A stretch of DNA of 53,518 bases, taken from positions 3,888,066 to 3,941,583 of the forward strand of contig BFEA01000025.1 of the NCBI GenBank assembly GCA_003427395.1, read 5' to 3'. This document shows positions 11,227 through 21,825 of the stretch, one piece after another. The notes beneath the pieces were generated by a model. The model made no database searches. It worked only from the letters and a program-made list of their open reading frames with translations, and had not been told where the DNA came from. This DNA comes from Chara braunii. Lineage: Eukaryota > Plantae > Charophyceae. How positions within the stretch are numbered: the stretch's first letter is position 1; each line of letters begins with the position of its first letter. A program made the translations under genes and the position numbers.

Positions 11227-12725
11227 ACTCACTATCTTCTTACCCCGAACATGACCTCCCCCCAGCAGGTTGAGCGGCCCACTCACTACCTTCTTACCCC
11301 CAACACGATGCCGGCGATCAAGACTGCATTTTTTTCTTCTTTTCAGAACTGTATTTCGACTGGAACAGGGTTCGTATGCGGTCATTACGAGGAGGTGTCA
11401 TGTTCGTATGCTCACAAATCGATAATGGACTGACACACATGTGAGTGAGCTTGCTGCTACCGTCGTCCCCTGAACATAACGTACTCTCATCATGATTGTA
11501 TAGGACGGGAAAGGTAGCTTGTCTGAATTCATGATCAGAGTGTGTTGTGTTCGGGAGAGGACGGCAGTGGGCCACTCCCTGGGCGAGGTCCCACTTACCA
11601 AGATTGGTTGTTTTTGGCCTTTGCTATTTTCGTAATCTAGGGTCAGAAAACAGTCTCTGGAAATAGGCCTCTGAGCTGACCGGGCTGAACGGAAAGGGGT
11701 GGTTGTAGGCACGTGGAAAAGGATCTTGGACCAACGAGCCTGGCTGAGTTGGTACACCCATGAACTGCTGAATAACAGACCCAAGTTCGAATCCTGGTGG
11801 ACCTTGATGAATGCAATGAAATAATACCTTGGATCGGTCTAGTGGATGATGATATCTAAAGGCCGTTGCCCTTTTGAAAAACAAAAAGAAAAGGGATCTT
11901 GGATACCTTTCTCGCTCTTTTGACTAGGAAGATAAAGTGGGTGTAGTATGTGTTCTGGGCCAAGGTCCCAGTTGCACAGCGATACTGGCCGTAGATAACA
12001 GAGATCAATGGCCTCTATCTCTTACACCATAGGAGTGGGACCTCGCCCCAGATCAGTTCAATATCTGATCCGTGCTCCATCGGGCTACATGAAAAGAAAT
12101 AAGAAAAAGATTCCTGGGACAGGATTGAGGTCCCACTTACCAGGGCTGGTTGTTTGTGGCCGTTGGTATGTTTTTCCTAATCTAACAGTCTTTGGAAAAG
12201 GGCCCTCACAGCTGGCCGGGCTGAACGGAAAGGGATGGTTCCCAAACGTGTTAAAGAACTGTAGGGAAGGATGGTGAATTTCATTGCAATAAATGTTTGG
12301 CTGAAAAGAATTGTCATTTCTATTGCAGGAAATATTATTGGACTCGAATGGCTGCTGAAATTCAGTTTTAGAAAGAAAGATAAGTTTTTTTGCAGGAAAT
12401 AGTATTGGACTTGAATGGCTGCTGAAATTCAGTTTTGGAAAGAAAAAAAGTTTTTGTGAAAAAAACAAGACAACTATCATCACATTGACCCCGCGTCCAT
12501 GCTCTGTGCCTGACACAAAGGGCTGCGGTCAAGTCTGGTCTGCCAGACCAAAAAATCCAGAGGCCACCACGTGGCTGAGCTTGTGTTTGGTAGCTCAGTT
12601 GGTGCATCCATGAACAGTTAAATAACAGACCTTAGTATCAGAGGAGGGAAAAGAGCTCTGAATTTAGTAATTTACCTGGGAGTCTGGGACCGGTCAGTTC
12701 CAAGATAATATCCCAAGGCCGTCCC

Positions 12726-13300
12726 CTTTTTTTTTCCTTTTCTTTTTCTTCTTCTTCGTTTTTTTTCCGTCTTTTCCCGGTATTGTCCACTCCGCTCTTA
12801 TTTGTTGGGAGCAGCACGTGCTGGGAACTGGGCCCAGCATCCCTTGTGGACATAGACAAAGTGACTGACATGACCTGGCCCCTGCAACCACAGAAGGTCG
12901 TCTACAGACCATACATCTGTTGTGTGGTTGCTGTTGAGCCCGCCCCTCCCGCCTCTGTGCCAAGGGGGACCGAGCTCTGCCATAGTCTTTCAGCTTTTAT
13001 AACCGTGTGTACCTAGAAGAACTGAATAACATGATACGACCCCTGCGGGCAAATGCATGTGTTATATCGTTGTTGTTGCACCCACCCCTCTGACCCCTGT
13101 GCCGTGGGGGACTGGCTCTGCCTCAGGCTCTCAACTGTTGTGTCCTTGTGCACATTGAAGAACTGACCACCATGGCCCGACCCCTGCGACCAGAGAAGCT
13201 CATCTATAGCCCCTGCATCTCGTATGTGGTTGTGGACGCCTGTCCCTCTGGCCTCTGTACCCAGGGGGATCGGGCTCTGCCTCAGGCTCTTCAACCATTG
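12726..13300 (-). mobile_element. Retroposed element with pseudoknot module (12789-12843), A-rich tail and a degenerate ~150-bp repeat body
   Basis: T-rich tract at 12726-12766, then the module, then about three diverged units (CCCCTGC...GTGGTTG...CTCTGT...GCTCTGCC). The 5' limit is uncertain. Confidence 0.6.
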
Positions 13301-14063
13301 AATTGTCCTTACCCACTGTTCTCTGCCCCGGGCCCCTGTACCTGGGGGGGGCAGGTTCCTGTTCAGAAACCATATTCGTGAGTACCTTCATAGTATGCTG
13401 CTGGTGACAGGCTGCTGTTCCAGCTGGCTGACCTGGTTGTCATCTGACTACCCCTGCGGGTATTGCTGCCCTTCATTGCTGCAATTGTGACTGGGTGGGG
13501 AGGTGTGACGGTGCAGGCAGGGGGCGGGCCCTCCAGGGGGGAATGTTAGGTGGATGGTGATGAGAGGAAGAGGGAGGGAGGGGGGGGGGGGGGGGGGGGA
13601 GAATGCAGAGGAGGGGTTTGAGGGGACTGGCCCTTTGGGAGGGGTGGGCAGTTGGGAGGGCCACAGGAGACCGAAAGGAGGGGGGATCCCGGGGGCAGAA
13701 GGTGGTGGATGTGGGACTGCGGTGGGTGGTGAATGCCGTTTGACAATTTTTTTCTGCAGGTGCGGGGGTGGGCTCCTGATAGGCCCAACTCCATTGAACT
13801 AACTATCTCCAATCATGTTCTCTTTTTTCTTTTTTTTTTCATGGAGTCTCTGGATTTTTGAAGGAGTCTCCAATCATGTTTTTTTTCATGGAGTCTCATT
13901 GAGGATGTTTTTTTTCTTTTCTGCATGGTCCCTGATGCTACCTGCTGTCCCCTGGCCGGTATTGCCCATCTGCAGGTCAGGAGCAGCCCCCCATGTTCTC
14001 TCATGGACACAGTTCTGGCTGCTACGGGGTTCCCTGTCTGACTATAATTAGGAGTAGTGACAA

Positions 14064-14462
14064 CTGAGGGGTGCCGTGAAGTCCATTGGGCGCATGGACC
14101 CCAATGGACACAGTTCTGGTTGCTATGGGGTTCCCCGTATGACTATAATGAGTGGTGATAGGTAGCCCTCAGAAAAAAAGGGCGGCAGTGTGCAAACAAG
14201 ACCCCGATGGACTTCACGGCACCCCTCAGCTCGCATGCTGAAAATGAGGTCCAGTGTGCAAAAGAGAATACAATGGCAGTGCCCAGAAGCACGTCTTGGC
14301 TACATGAGGCCACATGCTTATTTTGGGGTAATTAAAAGACCCCAATGGACTTTTCAAAGTTCCATTGATAAGCATGTGGCCCAAAATAAACATTTGGCTT
14401 CTGGGCGGCACTGCCATTGCGTTCTCTTTTGCACACTGGGCCTGATTTTCAGCATGCGAGCT
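14064..14462. mobile_element. Two adjacent inverted-repeat MITEs
   Basis: CTGAGGGGTGCCGTGAAGTCCAT (14064) pairs with ATGGACTTCACGGCACCCCTCAG (ending ~14229). A second long hairpin AGCTCGCATGCTGAAAAT...ATTTTCAGCATGCGAGCT spans 14228-14462. Confidence 0.75.
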
Positions 14463-15030
14463 TCTCTCCACATCCGGCACCCCCCTGCTCCTGCAGGAAA
14501 AAAAGGTGTTTTGTTTTCTGATTCCAATGTCCTGTTATCTCAAAACTGTCGCCCTTTTTTTTTTAAACAACAGCGGATGCGGAAGGTTTTGAATTTACAA
14601 AGGCAAAGAAAACACGCGCTGGCAAAGAAAACAGGCGGTGACTTTGAAACAGCAATTTGAGTCGAAAAGTATCCCGCTGGGCATTGTTTTTCCTTTTTCT
14701 TCTTTTCCCATCTGATGCAACGGACAACCCCTGTAAGTATGACTCCCGGCCTCACACCACGACCGTTGGTACTTTCATTGTTTTTGAACTCGGCACCTGG
14801 TTTCTTTGCTGGCGCGTGTGTTTTTCTGCTTATTCCATACTCAAAAGTAACATGAACGTACTGACCTCTTTTTTTTATTTTTAAACACTATCCTGATTCC
14901 TGAACAAGCCAACCAGCTTTGCTAGTGAATTATTTCCCTGTCATTGCTTTGGCCTCTCATTGTGCTGTTTGAAAGGCATAGGCCTACTGAGCCCTACTCG
15001 CACCAGCACTTTCCTGGATGCAACTGAACA

Positions 15031-15213
15031 AACTTTTTTTTTTTTTTTTCCTCTTTCAAAAAGCCCAGGGTGTTGTAATGGCCGGGGACCAGACCCACGG
15101 TGATTGCTGGTAGCGGCAGCCAATGGTTGTCCTGACAGGATAGCCCACCTACCATACCCATCCCCACGTTAACACTCCAGCGCACCCCCTGTCCCTACTA
15201 TCCTACCTCAGTG
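15031..15213 (-). mobile_element. 5'-truncated copy of the tRNA-headed SINE-like family
   Basis: 12-bp TSD TGCAACTGAACA (15019-15030, 15214-15225) and a poly(T) tail. The body is the reverse complement of ~16718-16862. Confidence 0.9.
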
Positions 15214-15341
15214 TGCAACTGAACACATTGGGACCGATCAATTGGAAAGGTCAAACGGTGAGGATGCCCTTAGGGAGTGCTGTGTTTCTGAGATCCTGAT
15301 GGCGTGGATGGAAATCTTTTAACTGTCCTTCGGGACATCCA

Positions 15342-15685
15342 TTAAACCACCAATACTTCTGAGGCACTGTTCTCCGGGGGCGGTAAATGCACTGCGTGGC
15401 AAGAATAAAAGAACCGGTGCAGGCCGGTTTTGACTGGTGCCGCCAGCCATTTTGCTCCTGTGGCCGAGCCCAGAAAGCGGGACATCCGTTTATCCGCCAG
15501 TACTTCTGAGGCAGTTTTCTCCAGGGCGTGAAATGCACTGCGTGCCAAGGAGAAAATGAAGCGGTGCAGGCCTCTTTTGACTGGCGCCGTCAGCTGTTTT
15601 GCTCTTGTGGCGGAGCCCCAAAAGTTGCAGCAGCATGCAAGCTGCGACTTTGAAAAAATGGCTGGGAAACGGACTGGTGGTCTAA
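15342..15685. mobile_element. TTAA-type MITE inserted in the U6 copy
   Basis: TTAA-ACCACCAATAC ... GGACTGGTGGT-CTAA, with two internal ~135-bp direct repeats. Confidence 0.85.
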
Positions 15686-15741
15686 AATGGGAACGATACG
15701 GAGAACATTAGTGTGGCCCCTGCACAAGGATGACACACATA

Positions 15742-16863
15742 GTCCAGTTGATGTAGCTCAGTGGTTAGAGCACCGGTTGGAAATGGGCATTGCGGTACGA
15801 GGTTGTGGGTTCAAAACTCAATTGCAGCCTTGCGCATGGACACCGGCAGGGCGTTAGAATGACGCACGGCTGGACACACACGCCCTTGGGCTGACACACG
15901 GTAAGCTTATACAGACACTGCCTGCGCACCACCCAAGGGGTTGTCCATGGTGTTGTATGTCGGGTCTTGAGACTGCATGGGTTGCTTGTGGCTGTTGCTC
16001 GTGGTTGTTCTGTTGATCTCCCCAGTCTGGCATATCACACACACGGGCCGTTTGCAATTGTTGCTCAAATGGTGGAGTCTTCAAGTCACATGTCATAGAT
16101 CACGGGTTCGAGTCTGGCTTGGGACTTTGGGGGGGGGTTCTTGTCCAGCTCGGCCTGTCATCTCTTCAAAACGAACACATAGTTCCCTCTACATAGTACT
16201 GCGCATATCTGGCCTTCGGGCACACATATCTCGCTATACAGTTACACAGAGCACACATAGCCTTGGGGCAGACACAAAAACATGGCCCTATCGGCTCATA
16301 CAAACATACATAGCTTCTGGTGACACACATATACACACAACTACGATACTGGGCTGGGGGGGGTCTATCAGGTATATGACGGGGTCTTCACATGCATGGC
16401 TTAGCTCTAGGGTAGGGTAGGGATATAAGTTGCTCCGGCTAGTCTGAGTTCCGCCTAGCCTTGAGTAAGCTAGGGGAAGGACGGTAGGATGTGTCACTGC
16501 TGGCCTGCCTTGCTTAGGTAATCCTGCTGGGTAGACTCTCTGAATTGGGCCTGTAGAAGATTGCATGAGCCTCGCGTCCGAAGTTCCCGTACGGCAAGGT
16601 TTGTCCGCTTCCGTTTCCATTAGGTCTGGGAGGTTGGCCCAGCCCTGGTGCTTGTCACTGCTGTCTGGTCCAAGTTGCCCTCAATACTGGTAGGGTGATG
16701 GTCCTGAGTGCTGGTCACACTGAGGTAGGATAGTAGGGACAGGGGGTGCGCTGGGAGTATTAACGTGGGGATGGGTAGGGTAGGTGGCCTATCCTGTCAG
16801 GACAACCATTGGCTGCCGCTACCAGCAATCACCGCGGGTCTGGTCCTTGGCCTCTGCAACACA
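15742..16863 (+). mobile_element. 1.1-kb tRNA-headed SINE-like element inserted in the U6 copy
   Basis: 12-bp TSD ATGACACACATA (15730-15741, 16864-16875). A-box TAGCTCAGTGGT (~15753) and B-box-like GGTTCAAAACT (~15808). The 3' end is shared with two other copies in the window. Confidence 0.85.
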
Positions 16864-17544
16864 ATGACACACATAATCGACAAAGGGCTCATAAACTTAT
16901 AAAAGGGAAAAAAAGCAGAGAAAAAAATAGAAATCTGTTAACTTCTTAGTTCCGAAGTGAGGAAGGTTTTCCAGAGAAAGGGCAAAAGAAAAGAAGACAA
17001 CCGAGCGGCCGTTGTAATGAGACAATTTCAATGATCTACAAATGGTTCGCAGAGGGGATGTATTGGTGGGGTGGGGAAACAGTCAAGGGGAGAATGGTAG
17101 CTGAATTGAGCACTGGGACACGGTCGAGGGGTGGAATCCACCGAAATGCCAAACAAGGGGCAGGATGCTCAGGCCAGCTCTCTGACCACTACCACTACCA
17201 TGGGGTGATACTATGTGTCGGCTGCAAATTGGGTGCATGAGTCATCAAGTGCAGTTGCCACTTTGTCATTGGCATGCAGCTGGCTCTCCGAAGCCCAACC
17301 TTTTGTGACATATGCCGAAACGAATGGCACCGATGGCTCATGCGGGAGAAAAGTCATCTGGTGGCAGGGTTTACCCAATTTTAGACCACAAAGCCACCAC
17401 TACCTCGTGAAACGTCGTCCCGTGGCAACCCTTGCATACAGTAAGAAACAGTTTATGATTGATGGAGCCAAGAGACCAATTCTTGAAGACCATGCCTCCT
17501 GGTAATGGTAGTGTGGTGAGTTAAGGTTTGATGAGCCCTTTTCT

Positions 17545-18164
17545 GGTGCTCCGGACATCCGGACCTGGACAGTCCGGTTTGGTGTATCAGTGTCCGGTTG
17601 TCCGAAAAAAAAAGAAAAAAAGAAAAACACAGGACACGTATACAGACACACACAGGTTTGTGGGACTGGTCATGCTAATAAATTAATTATTAATCATATT
17701 GTCCCTGAAGACACACACAGCTCTGCTGTATCTAGACTGAAAGTTGCCCCCCAACACGGCAATGGCACTCCAGCGGGCAGGAACTTCGACGACAGCTCTG
17801 CTGGACGAGGTGTCTTCAGGGGCTGCTTCTCTTCGATTGGGGCTGTCACTCTTCGATCTTCGAAAATCGTGTCCTCCACATGTTTGAAAATCGGGTCCTC
17901 CCGCCGGCGGGACTGCTACTGTGCTCCCGTGTTTTGAACTTTTCATACAGAGTGCCCTTTCAGGGCTGGTCCGGTTGGGGTACCAGTTCGCAAAAAACAT
18001 CAGCAATGTTTTTCTGGGGTACCCCAGGCCCAGGACAATGGCCTGGGGACCCCAATTTTTTTTTTCCGAATTTTTTGAAATCAGGGTCCAACCGGACCCT
18101 CTGAACCAGACACCGGACACCGGACTGTCTGGATTGGGATCCGGACGTCCGTTTGGCAACCATG
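17545..18164. mobile_element. Degenerate non-autonomous DNA element with CCGGAC subterminal repeats (hAT-like?)
   Basis: Clusters of CCGGAC/GTCCGG in inverted arrangement at both ends. The right end reads TTGGCAACCATG. The left terminus and TSD are unclear. Confidence 0.4.
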
Positions 18165-18596
18165 CTTTTTTCGCTCCTGGCGAGGAGGTTCCTTGAATGG
18201 GAGTGATTCATCTCATTTGACACTGCAGGCTCCATGTGATCAGATGGGACTGTGCTTGTCGGCAAACAACGTGTGATGCATTTCATGACAGGGTACAACC
18301 TGTTGGCAGTCAGTTTCTCAACTCTTTCCAGAGAGAAGTATATGCTGGTAGTTTATTATAAGGAGCAAAAAGAGGATTCTCTTTTTGGGCAATCAGTGTA
18401 GATGCATGGCATCTTGCCACTGGTGGATAGCATCTTAGGCTGATTAAATGTACATGTTGGGCTGCCCCCAGGTAATTCAAGATTATTATGGAAGTTATTG
18501 TAGATTATATGTCATGATGATTGGTTATAGAGCTTCTGTTATGACAGGTTTGTTGAGAGTTTAAGCCTCTTGAAGTATCCTGAAGTTAAGGGTCTC

Positions 18597-19836
18597 TTTT
18601 CTTTCTTATCTTTTCTTTCTTTCTTTCTTTTCTTTTCTTATCTTTTTATTTTTTTATTTTTTTATTTTTTTTTATTTTTAAGAGAACAGCTCCTTTCTAT
18701 TGGTGGGGAGCAGCACCTGCTGGAAACCGGGTCCAGCGTCCCATGATATGAAAGACTCAGAATGCTGACCTGTTTGAGCTCAATAACTCAGACACCATTG
18801 CCAGCATTGGCTACCCCAGGGAGCTGGGGGGTTAACTGAGCAGCGGATAATGATCGTAACCAGGAAGATGATTGTGTGTGTTAGTGGGGTCCTCCCCGGG
18901 GGGCTCCAGGGAGGAGCACCGTGTGTAAGTATAGGTGAACAGGAAAGATTGAGCACTTCAGGACAGGATTTCCTGCCAGGGAAAGGGCATGGGGTGGGAA
19001 GGGGCCTGGGAAGTCCGAGGGAGGGCGTAGTGGGAACGAGAGCTCTACGTTTGTCCAGTCCTTGAAAACTAAGCAATAATCCCTCATTTTCTTCCAAGTC
19101 CCGCTGTCCATCTCCCATCTCAACTCCATTCTACCCTGGCAATCCACCTTCTCTTTCCCCTCCCACGCAGTCTCTGCAAAATGCTGTAATCATTTTCCTG
19201 TTTGCTAACTTGTCTGCGATTTTGTGTCCGACCATCTTCATGCGAGTTCTAACTGCACCTGCTGCTGAATCTGTTCTGCGATCTCTGCCCCCTCTATTCT
19301 CACCTTCTCCAGGGCCAGGGCACACCTCTGCCACCAAAGTGCCCATATCACCACCCTTCGTCCAAGTCTGTACATATTCTCCATGAAGGTCGTGGCTTCC
19401 GCTGCCATAGGACAATGCCCAGCCAATATGGCTCGCCATGACAAAGGCCAGGGGATATCAATCCCCATTTTCCGCCAGATGCGGTCCCACCACCTCCATG
19501 TGAACTGAGCAATTGAGCATTGCATAAATATGTGCTCGGTGGTCTCCACATTCTTGTGGGAGGGGAAAAGGCTCAGGCACTGCTGGCACCATAACAGCAG
19601 CAGACCCCTTTGCTCCAGATTAGTGCGGTCTGCCAACCAGTCGTTGGTCGGCAGACAGCGATGAGCTATCTGCCACTGCAGGGAGGTGATCTTTGCAGGC
19701 TTAGATTTTTGTTCCTTGAACCAACGAATCGGTGTCAGGAATGGTCCACGTTAAGGTGCTTAGCCCATGGATCATTAACCACGTCTCCCAAGTGCCGCTT
19801 GGGTCTAAGCATTCTATAAGCAGATTTAACTGGCAG
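18597..19836 (-). mobile_element. 5'-truncated L1/Tx1-clade LINE (zinc-finger region, 3' UTR, poly(A))
   Basis: 17-bp TSD CTGAAGTTAAGGGTCTC (18580-18596, 19837-19853). ORF 19238-19636 has a zf-RVT-like motif CQQC...ETTEHIFMQC...AQFTW...VIWALWWQRC. Module at 18689-18742 precedes the tail. Confidence 0.92.
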
Positions 19837-19977
19837 CTGAAGTTAAGGGTCTCAACCCTATGATGATTTTGACCGAGAATTCAACCCGAGAATTCTTTTG
19901 TTGGGTGTGTCCCGAGCGGCAGTGGCAGGACCTGAGCAGCCACTTCCACCTGGCCTGACGCTCCGGCATTGCCAGGG

Positions 19978-20030
<53 letters not shown>

Positions 20031-20042
20031 GGCGCGCGCGCT

Positions 20043-20200
20043 CGGGGTGCTTTTTCGGAGCACATGGAAGAAATAGGCTTCTAGGTCTATAGAGTGCCAT
20101 AATCCCAAACTCCACAAGATCTTCACAGAACACCAGGAGCGCTACTGCCTAAAACACCCTACAAGCCCATTTCTTCCATGTGCTCCGAAAAAGCACCCCG
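20043..20200. mobile_element. MITE with ~32-bp TIR between (CA)n and (TG)n tracts
   Basis: CGGGGTGCTTTTTCGGAGCACATGGAAGAAAT / ATTTCTTCCATGTGCTCCGAAAAAGCACCCCG. Confidence 0.85.
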
Positions 20201-20201
20201 C

Positions 20202-20278
<77 letters not shown>

Positions 20279-20397
20279 NNNNNNNNNNNNNNNNNNNNNN
20301 NNNNNNNNNNNNNNNNNNNNNNNNNNNNNNNNNNNNNNNNNNNNNNNNNNNNNNNNNNNNNNNNNNNNNNNNNNNNNNNNNNNNNNNNNNNNNNNNN

Positions 20398-20477
<80 letters not shown>

Positions 20478-21440
20478 GGTAAAATACGAACAGAGCTGAA
20501 CAGCTGGAAGAGCAGATTTTGCAAACATTCTGCAATGTTAAAAGGGAATGCTGGAAACAAAAAGAGATTATACAAACAGCCCGCTTAGGTTTGAGAATGC
20601 AGACCCTAGCCTTGTCAGGAGGAACCTGGATGTGCAGATCCTCAAGTGTATGATCTGCATCTTGATATGCCGGTGCCGAAGTGCAGTTTGATTGGGTAAG
20701 ACTTCGTTATTCCCAACAACCCCCACCCCAACAAAAAAAAGAGATGTGGACGTCATGTAGAGTGAAAAGTTGCAAACCAGTGTCCCAAGGACAAGTGTCA
20801 GACATAGAGAGGACGAAGAGAAGACTTGTGTCTTGTGTGACAATCAGAAATAAGAAAGAACTTTACTATATTTATGTAATAACTTTGCAGACATGTAGAC
20901 TTTTGTCTGCTTTTTCTAGCTGGGTGATAAGAGCATCGTCTTAAGCGGGTCCCTTTGTTGAGGGCACCATCTATTGCTACTGGGAGCTGCACCAACTGGA
21001 AACTGGGTCCAGCATCCCATTATGTTACGCGAGTTTTTGTAAACAGATCTGTTCATACTGGAAACCAGGTCCAGTGCCCCGTGGTGATGTCCTGTATCCA
21101 GGAACAGTAGATGTCCGGTCTGTGTACTCACTGCACTCAGACAGGCAGGATGCTTCTGGCAGCCCATCTGTTTCTGTTTTTCCGTCCTTAACCTGTCTTG
21201 CTAACCCTGTCCCTCTGCTGACAGACCATTGTCTGCTTAGTTGTAACTTCTAAGGATAGCAAGTCTGCTGGGTAGGAGGTGCATTCTACACGAGCTATTT
21301 GAAACTTAATCATTGAAAATCATGTTTTTAGTAGATTATCCCTTCCAGTAGTTTGCGCCCATCAAGTATGGATTTCATTTTTGCCTCGGTGTTGGAGGCC
21401 TGTGATCATTGCAGCTGTCAGGTGATACAGCCTTGTCATG

Positions 21441-21825
21441 CAGCACCCTAGCTCAGTTGGCAAGGCACACAAGTGGCATTCAGGAGGTCTTGGGTTCAAT
21501 CCCCATTGGCCTCACGTACTGTCCTGGCAAGCTTGGTGCACACCACTTAGAGATAGGCCGTTGGTCCCCTGAGCGGCATGGAGCAGAGACTGCCGATGTT
21601 CGTAGGGGGAGGAGACTGGAGGGGAAGCACAGTGACTGGCCCATTGAAGCAGCGCGGTCCTGATGCGACCGGCTGACCCCGAGTTGGTATCACCCACCTG
21701 CTGTAGCAGGTATCGCACCACCTGCTGGTGGGTGCAGCTCCCGAATGTTCCCTTGTTGGAGGCTTGAACACGGATGTGACTGCTACAGGGTTCCCTGTAA
21801 TTCTAATATGACAATGAAAAAGGCC
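21441..21825 (+). mobile_element. tRNA-derived SINE-like element (second family)
   Basis: A-box TAGCTCAGTTGG (~21449) and B-box GGTTCAATCCC (~21493). No clean cloverleaf. The 3' boundary is uncertain. Confidence 0.55.

Larger units (their letters stand above)
15325..16929 (+). pseudogene. U6: Retroposed U6 snRNA pseudogene in three pieces (15325-15345, 15686-15741, 16876-~16898)
   Basis: The joined pieces read GTCCTTCGGGACATCCATTAAAATGGGAACGATACGGAGAACATTAGTGTGGCCCCTGCACAAGGATGACACACATAATCGACAAAGGG..., collinear with plant U6. A-rich tail at 16901-16929. TSD GAAATCTTTTAACT (15311-15324) / GAAATCTGTTAACT (16930-16943). The ACAGAGA box and AGC triad are mutated. Confidence 0.9.

Noticed and set aside
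15742-15830. Genuine tRNA genes (also ~21441 and ~11740)
   Set aside because: A and B boxes are present, but the acceptor and anticodon stems do not form a convincing cloverleaf.
15325-16900. Functional U6 gene with introns
   Set aside because: The interruptions have TSDs and TIRs rather than splice signals. Catalytic motifs are mutated, no clear USE/TATA or T-run terminator is visible, and an A-tail and TSD are present.
18689-18742. Pseudoknot module as an HDV-like, hammerhead or twister ribozyme
   Set aside because: There is no room for P3/L3 and the P1 3' strand between the S2 strands, no CUGANGA/GAAA core, and no twister consensus. Self-cleavage is not excluded experimentally, but no known class fits.
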